Shown here: piece after piece, positions 50,602-52,826 of the stretch
Layout: every line of letters starts with the position of its first letter
Position numbering within the stretch: position 1 is the stretch's first letter
Assembly (NCBI GenBank): GCA_034520885.1
Contig: JAXHNE010000007.1
Coordinates: 1 to 52,826, forward strand
Origin: Candidatus Saccharimonadota bacterium
GTDB taxonomy: Bacteria > Patescibacteriota > Saccharimonadia > Saccharimonadales > JAXHNE01
Reading direction: 5' to 3'
Length of the DNA stretch: 52,826 nt
Translations under genes and position numbers: made by a program
The notes under the pieces: model-generated
Databases searched by the model: none
The model's input: only the letters and a program-made list of their open reading frames with translations
What the model was told of the DNA's origin: nothing

Positions 50602-52692
50602 ATGTTCCAAAAGAAAAGAACTACCAAAACCAGCAAAACCAAATCCAGCAAAACTCGTAAGCGTGCACCGGCCAAAAAAACCCGGAAAGGTTTACTGAAA
50701 AACCACAAAGGTTTTATCCCGTTGCGCGGTAAATCTCGTAAGTCAAAAAAGATAAAATTTGGCTCAAAAACTTCCAAAAAAACCAAGATGCTTGGCCTGG
50801 CTGGCGTATTGGCATTTGGCGCGGTAGGATCGTATTTATTGTTTTTTAGTTCCGCGCAAGTGGCGAACTCGAAGGTATATAAAAACGGTGTCCTGACAAA
50901 AATTGATCCATCCGGGCATACTATAACAAATACTGCTTCAGATGGTACGACCTTTGGAAGAGTTGAATTACCGGGCTTGATTGGTTATGCATGGGACTTG
51001 AGTTGGTCAAATGACGGCAGAAGGTTAGCGGTTTTCACTAAAACAGAGTCTGGACACGATGCCATGGTATTCATCTATGGCGGAGATTATACGCTGGAAA
51101 ATTCGTTTACTATACCAAGAGGAGATGACTATAATAGTGTTGGGATTGGCAGTATACAGTGGAACTCAAATGGTGATCAACTGCTTATAGGTTTAAGGAG
51201 TATAGGTTCTGGGATCGAGTCGTATGAGGCGATTATTGCCAACAAAGAAGGAAATATAACTTACAGAAATAAACTACAGCAGAATGATCACACCACATAC
51301 AGATCAGTTACTTGGATAGACCAAGGTAACAAAATTGCATATTTTGGAACTGGTGGAATTCGAACAATGTTTATTGACGGGAGTGCAGACCAGCTGGAAG
51401 TTCCGACTAGTCAGATACCAACAGCATTAGAGAGCCCAGAAGTCTTCCAGAATAGGATTTCCCTAATGCGATCTTCTAGGACGGGTGATGACGTTGCCTT
51501 TATATTCAATAATAACGTGTTTGTTATGGATACTAAGGATTTCGAGATTGAGCAAGTATCCTTTTCTGATAACGCTACTTCAGATAAACTCACCTGGTCA
51601 CCTGATGGAAAGCTCATTAATTATAGTCGACGATTAGAGGTGAGTCCAAATGCATCAAGCCAAGTTATTAACCTTTCTAAAGGAACAGATGAGGCCTTCG
51701 GAGGTCCTTTTAGTGCGGGTCACAGCTGGCGACCTATCTCCAATACCTCTCAACAAGTAGACTTCAACGGTGATGGCTTCAGCGATATATTCTTTTACGA
51801 ACCGGGCAGTGCAAAAGATAGTGTTTGGTACGGCTCTGATGGAATGAGCAGTAAGCGGCCCGCAACATTAGGACAGTTTGATGTCATTAACAGCGACAAC
51901 ACCCCAAGCATCAATGTAATCGGCACAAGCTACAAACCCATCCACGGCGACTTCAACGGTGATGGCTACACCGATATCTTTTGGTACGGCCCCGGTTCAA
52001 CCAATGACAGTATTTGGTACGGTGGCGCTGGGGATGGTGAGTTTACTCGTCATACTGCAGTGAACGTCGCCGGAAGTAACTACAACCCAGTTGCTGGCGA
52101 CTTCAACGGCGACGGCTTCTCCGACATATACTTCTATGCTCCCGGCGGAACAACCGACTACATTTGGTACGGCCAAAACAACAAAGATGGTAACTTTGAC
52201 AGTAAGCAGAAGAATATCAGTGGTGACTATAAGCCAGTGTCCGGCGACTTCAACGGCGACGGCTACGGCGATATATTATGGTATGCCCCGGGACAAGCGG
52301 CTGACTACGTTTGGTATGGAAGTGGTCAAAAGAATAACTTCACGAGTCGCCCAATAAGCGTCAACGTCAGTGCATACGAGCCATTCGGCGGCGACTTCAA
52401 CGGCGACGGCTTCTCCGACATATACTTCTATGCTCCCGGCGGAACAACCGACTACATTTGGTACGGCAAAAACAACAAAACCGGTAACTTTGACAGTAAG
52501 CAGAAGAATGTCAGGGGTGACTATAGGCCAGCATCCGGCGATTTCAACAGTGACGGCTACACCGATATCTTCTGGTACGGCCCCGGTTCAACCAACGATA
52601 GCATTTGGTATGGCGGCCCGGGAGATGTTCAGTTCGAACTGTTCACTGATGTAAATGTTGGTGGAGACGCGAAGCCGATACCTGGCAGATAA
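50602..52692 (+). CDS. large surface protein: Lys-rich N-terminal tail, TM anchor, beta-propeller-like region and six FG-GAP/VCBS-type repeats
   Basis: TM MLGLAGVLAFGAVGSYLLFF. Repeats of the form GDFNGDG[FY][ST]DI[FY][FW]Y.PG...D.[IV]WYG. 696 aa. Confidence 0.8.
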   Translation: MFQKKRTTKTSKTKSSKTRKRAPAKKTRKGLLKNHKGFIPLRGKSRKSKKIKFGSKTSKKTKMLGLAGVLAFGAVGSYLLFFSSAQVANSKVYKNGVLTKIDPSGHTITNTASDGTTFGRVELPGLIGYAWDLSWSNDGRRLAVFTKTESGHDAMVFIYGGDYTLENSFTIPRGDDYNSVGIGSIQWNSNGDQLLIGLRSIGSGIESYEAIIANKEGNITYRNKLQQNDHTTYRSVTWIDQGNKIAYFGTGGIRTMFIDGSADQLEVPTSQIPTALESPEVFQNRISLMRSSRTGDDVAFIFNNNVFVMDTKDFEIEQVSFSDNATSDKLTWSPDGKLINYSRRLEVSPNASSQVINLSKGTDEAFGGPFSAGHSWRPISNTSQQVDFNGDGFSDIFFYEPGSAKDSVWYGSDGMSSKRPATLGQFDVINSDNTPSINVIGTSYKPIHGDFNGDGYTDIFWYGPGSTNDSIWYGGAGDGEFTRHTAVNVAGSNYNPVAGDFNGDGFSDIYFYAPGGTTDYIWYGQNNKDGNFDSKQKNISGDYKPVSGDFNGDGYGDILWYAPGQAADYVWYGSGQKNNFTSRPISVNVSAYEPFGGDFNGDGFSDIYFYAPGGTTDYIWYGKNNKTGNFDSKQKNVRGDYRPASGDFNSDGYTDIFWYGPGSTNDSIWYGGPGDVQFELFTDVNVGGDAKPIPGR

Positions 52693-52711
52693 ATTTAAAA
52701 AGAGTAAAACA

Positions 52712-52826
52712 ATGTTCCAAAAGAAAAGAACTACCAAAACCAGCAAAACCAAATCCAGCAAAACTCGTAAGCGTGCACAGGCCAAAAAAGCCCGGAAACG
52801 TTTATTGATGAAAAATCGCAAAGGTT
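52712..52826 (+). CDS. 5' end of a tandem paralog of 50602..52692 (cut by the window edge)
   Basis: MFQKKRTTKTSKTKSSKTRKRAQAKKARKRLLMKNRKG. The first ~70 nt and ~20 nt upstream are identical to the 50602 gene. Confidence 0.7.
   Translation, partial: MFQKKRTTKTSKTKSSKTRKRAQAKKARKRLLMKNRKG

Noticed and set aside
50414-50698. 94-aa ORF as a real gene
   Set aside because: Its first ~18 codons are the duplicated start of the GIY-YIG gene. The remainder is unrelated low-complexity sequence running into the promoter and start of the 50602 gene. It is interpreted as a truncated element copy.
50602-52692. Diversity-generating retroelement acting on the FG-GAP repeats
   Set aside because: Near-identical DNA repeats might suggest template/variable repeat pairs. 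But no reverse transcriptase ORF or adenine-specific mismatch pattern is present, and the differences are not A-biased by eye.

Overview
Bacterial chromosomal window using the standard genetic code. About 1-32.3 kb is a dense, GC-richer housekeeping block: a surface-protein cluster, mnmA, alaS, ftsA-like, ruvX, mltG, a LysM/CHAP hydrolase, obg, sbcB, pheA, uvrA, L25, an ABC exporter, trhO, a HAD phosphatase, uvrC, an SGNH hydrolase, pepP, secG and a peptide-binding protein. Compact AlaRS and UvrC, many leaderless-type promoters and tRNAs with encoded CCA would fit a small-genome lineage, possibly Patescibacteria/CPR-like; this is inference only. From 32.3 kb on, the window is organised around seven tRNA genes: Leu-GAG, Val-TAC, Leu-CAG, Phe-GAA and Gly-GCC on the minus strand, Cys-GCA and Leu-TAA on the plus strand. 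Six of them are flanked by partial, often hairpin-interrupted copies of themselves. The most unusual structure is the ~11.5 kb between tRNA-Phe and tRNA-Gly. It holds 13 co-oriented, functionally unrelated genes plus one frameshifted paralog, mostly AT-richer by eye. Most have a TGn-extended -10 placed 6-7 nt before the ATG, in several cases directly after a terminator-like hairpin. They are separated by mosaic repeat modules that, on the coding strand, end in tRNA-3'-end-like ...CACCA scars: one exact 22-nt tRNA-Gly copy and several decayed ones. This looks like a cassette-accretion island at a tRNA gene, integron- or tycheposon-like in logic, with no recombinase, attC or transposase visible in the window. 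A second recurring element is a tiny GIY-YIG nuclease ORF (3 copies plus 1 truncated) sitting in 0.3-0.4 kb insertions. One has 20-nt terminal inverted repeats, lies between the alaS promoter and the alaS ATG, and is frameshifted at a G-run. One splits tRNA-Cys inside the anticodon and duplicates its 5' half. One follows tRNA-Leu-TAA and is flanked by ~100-nt direct repeats that include the tRNA 3' end. The window ends with a large FG-GAP/beta-propeller surface protein with near-identical internal DNA repeats, followed by the start of a tandem paralog sharing an identical 5' module. No CRISPR array, rRNA, transposase or integrase was recognised. All identities and GC statements are by-eye estimates, not computed.
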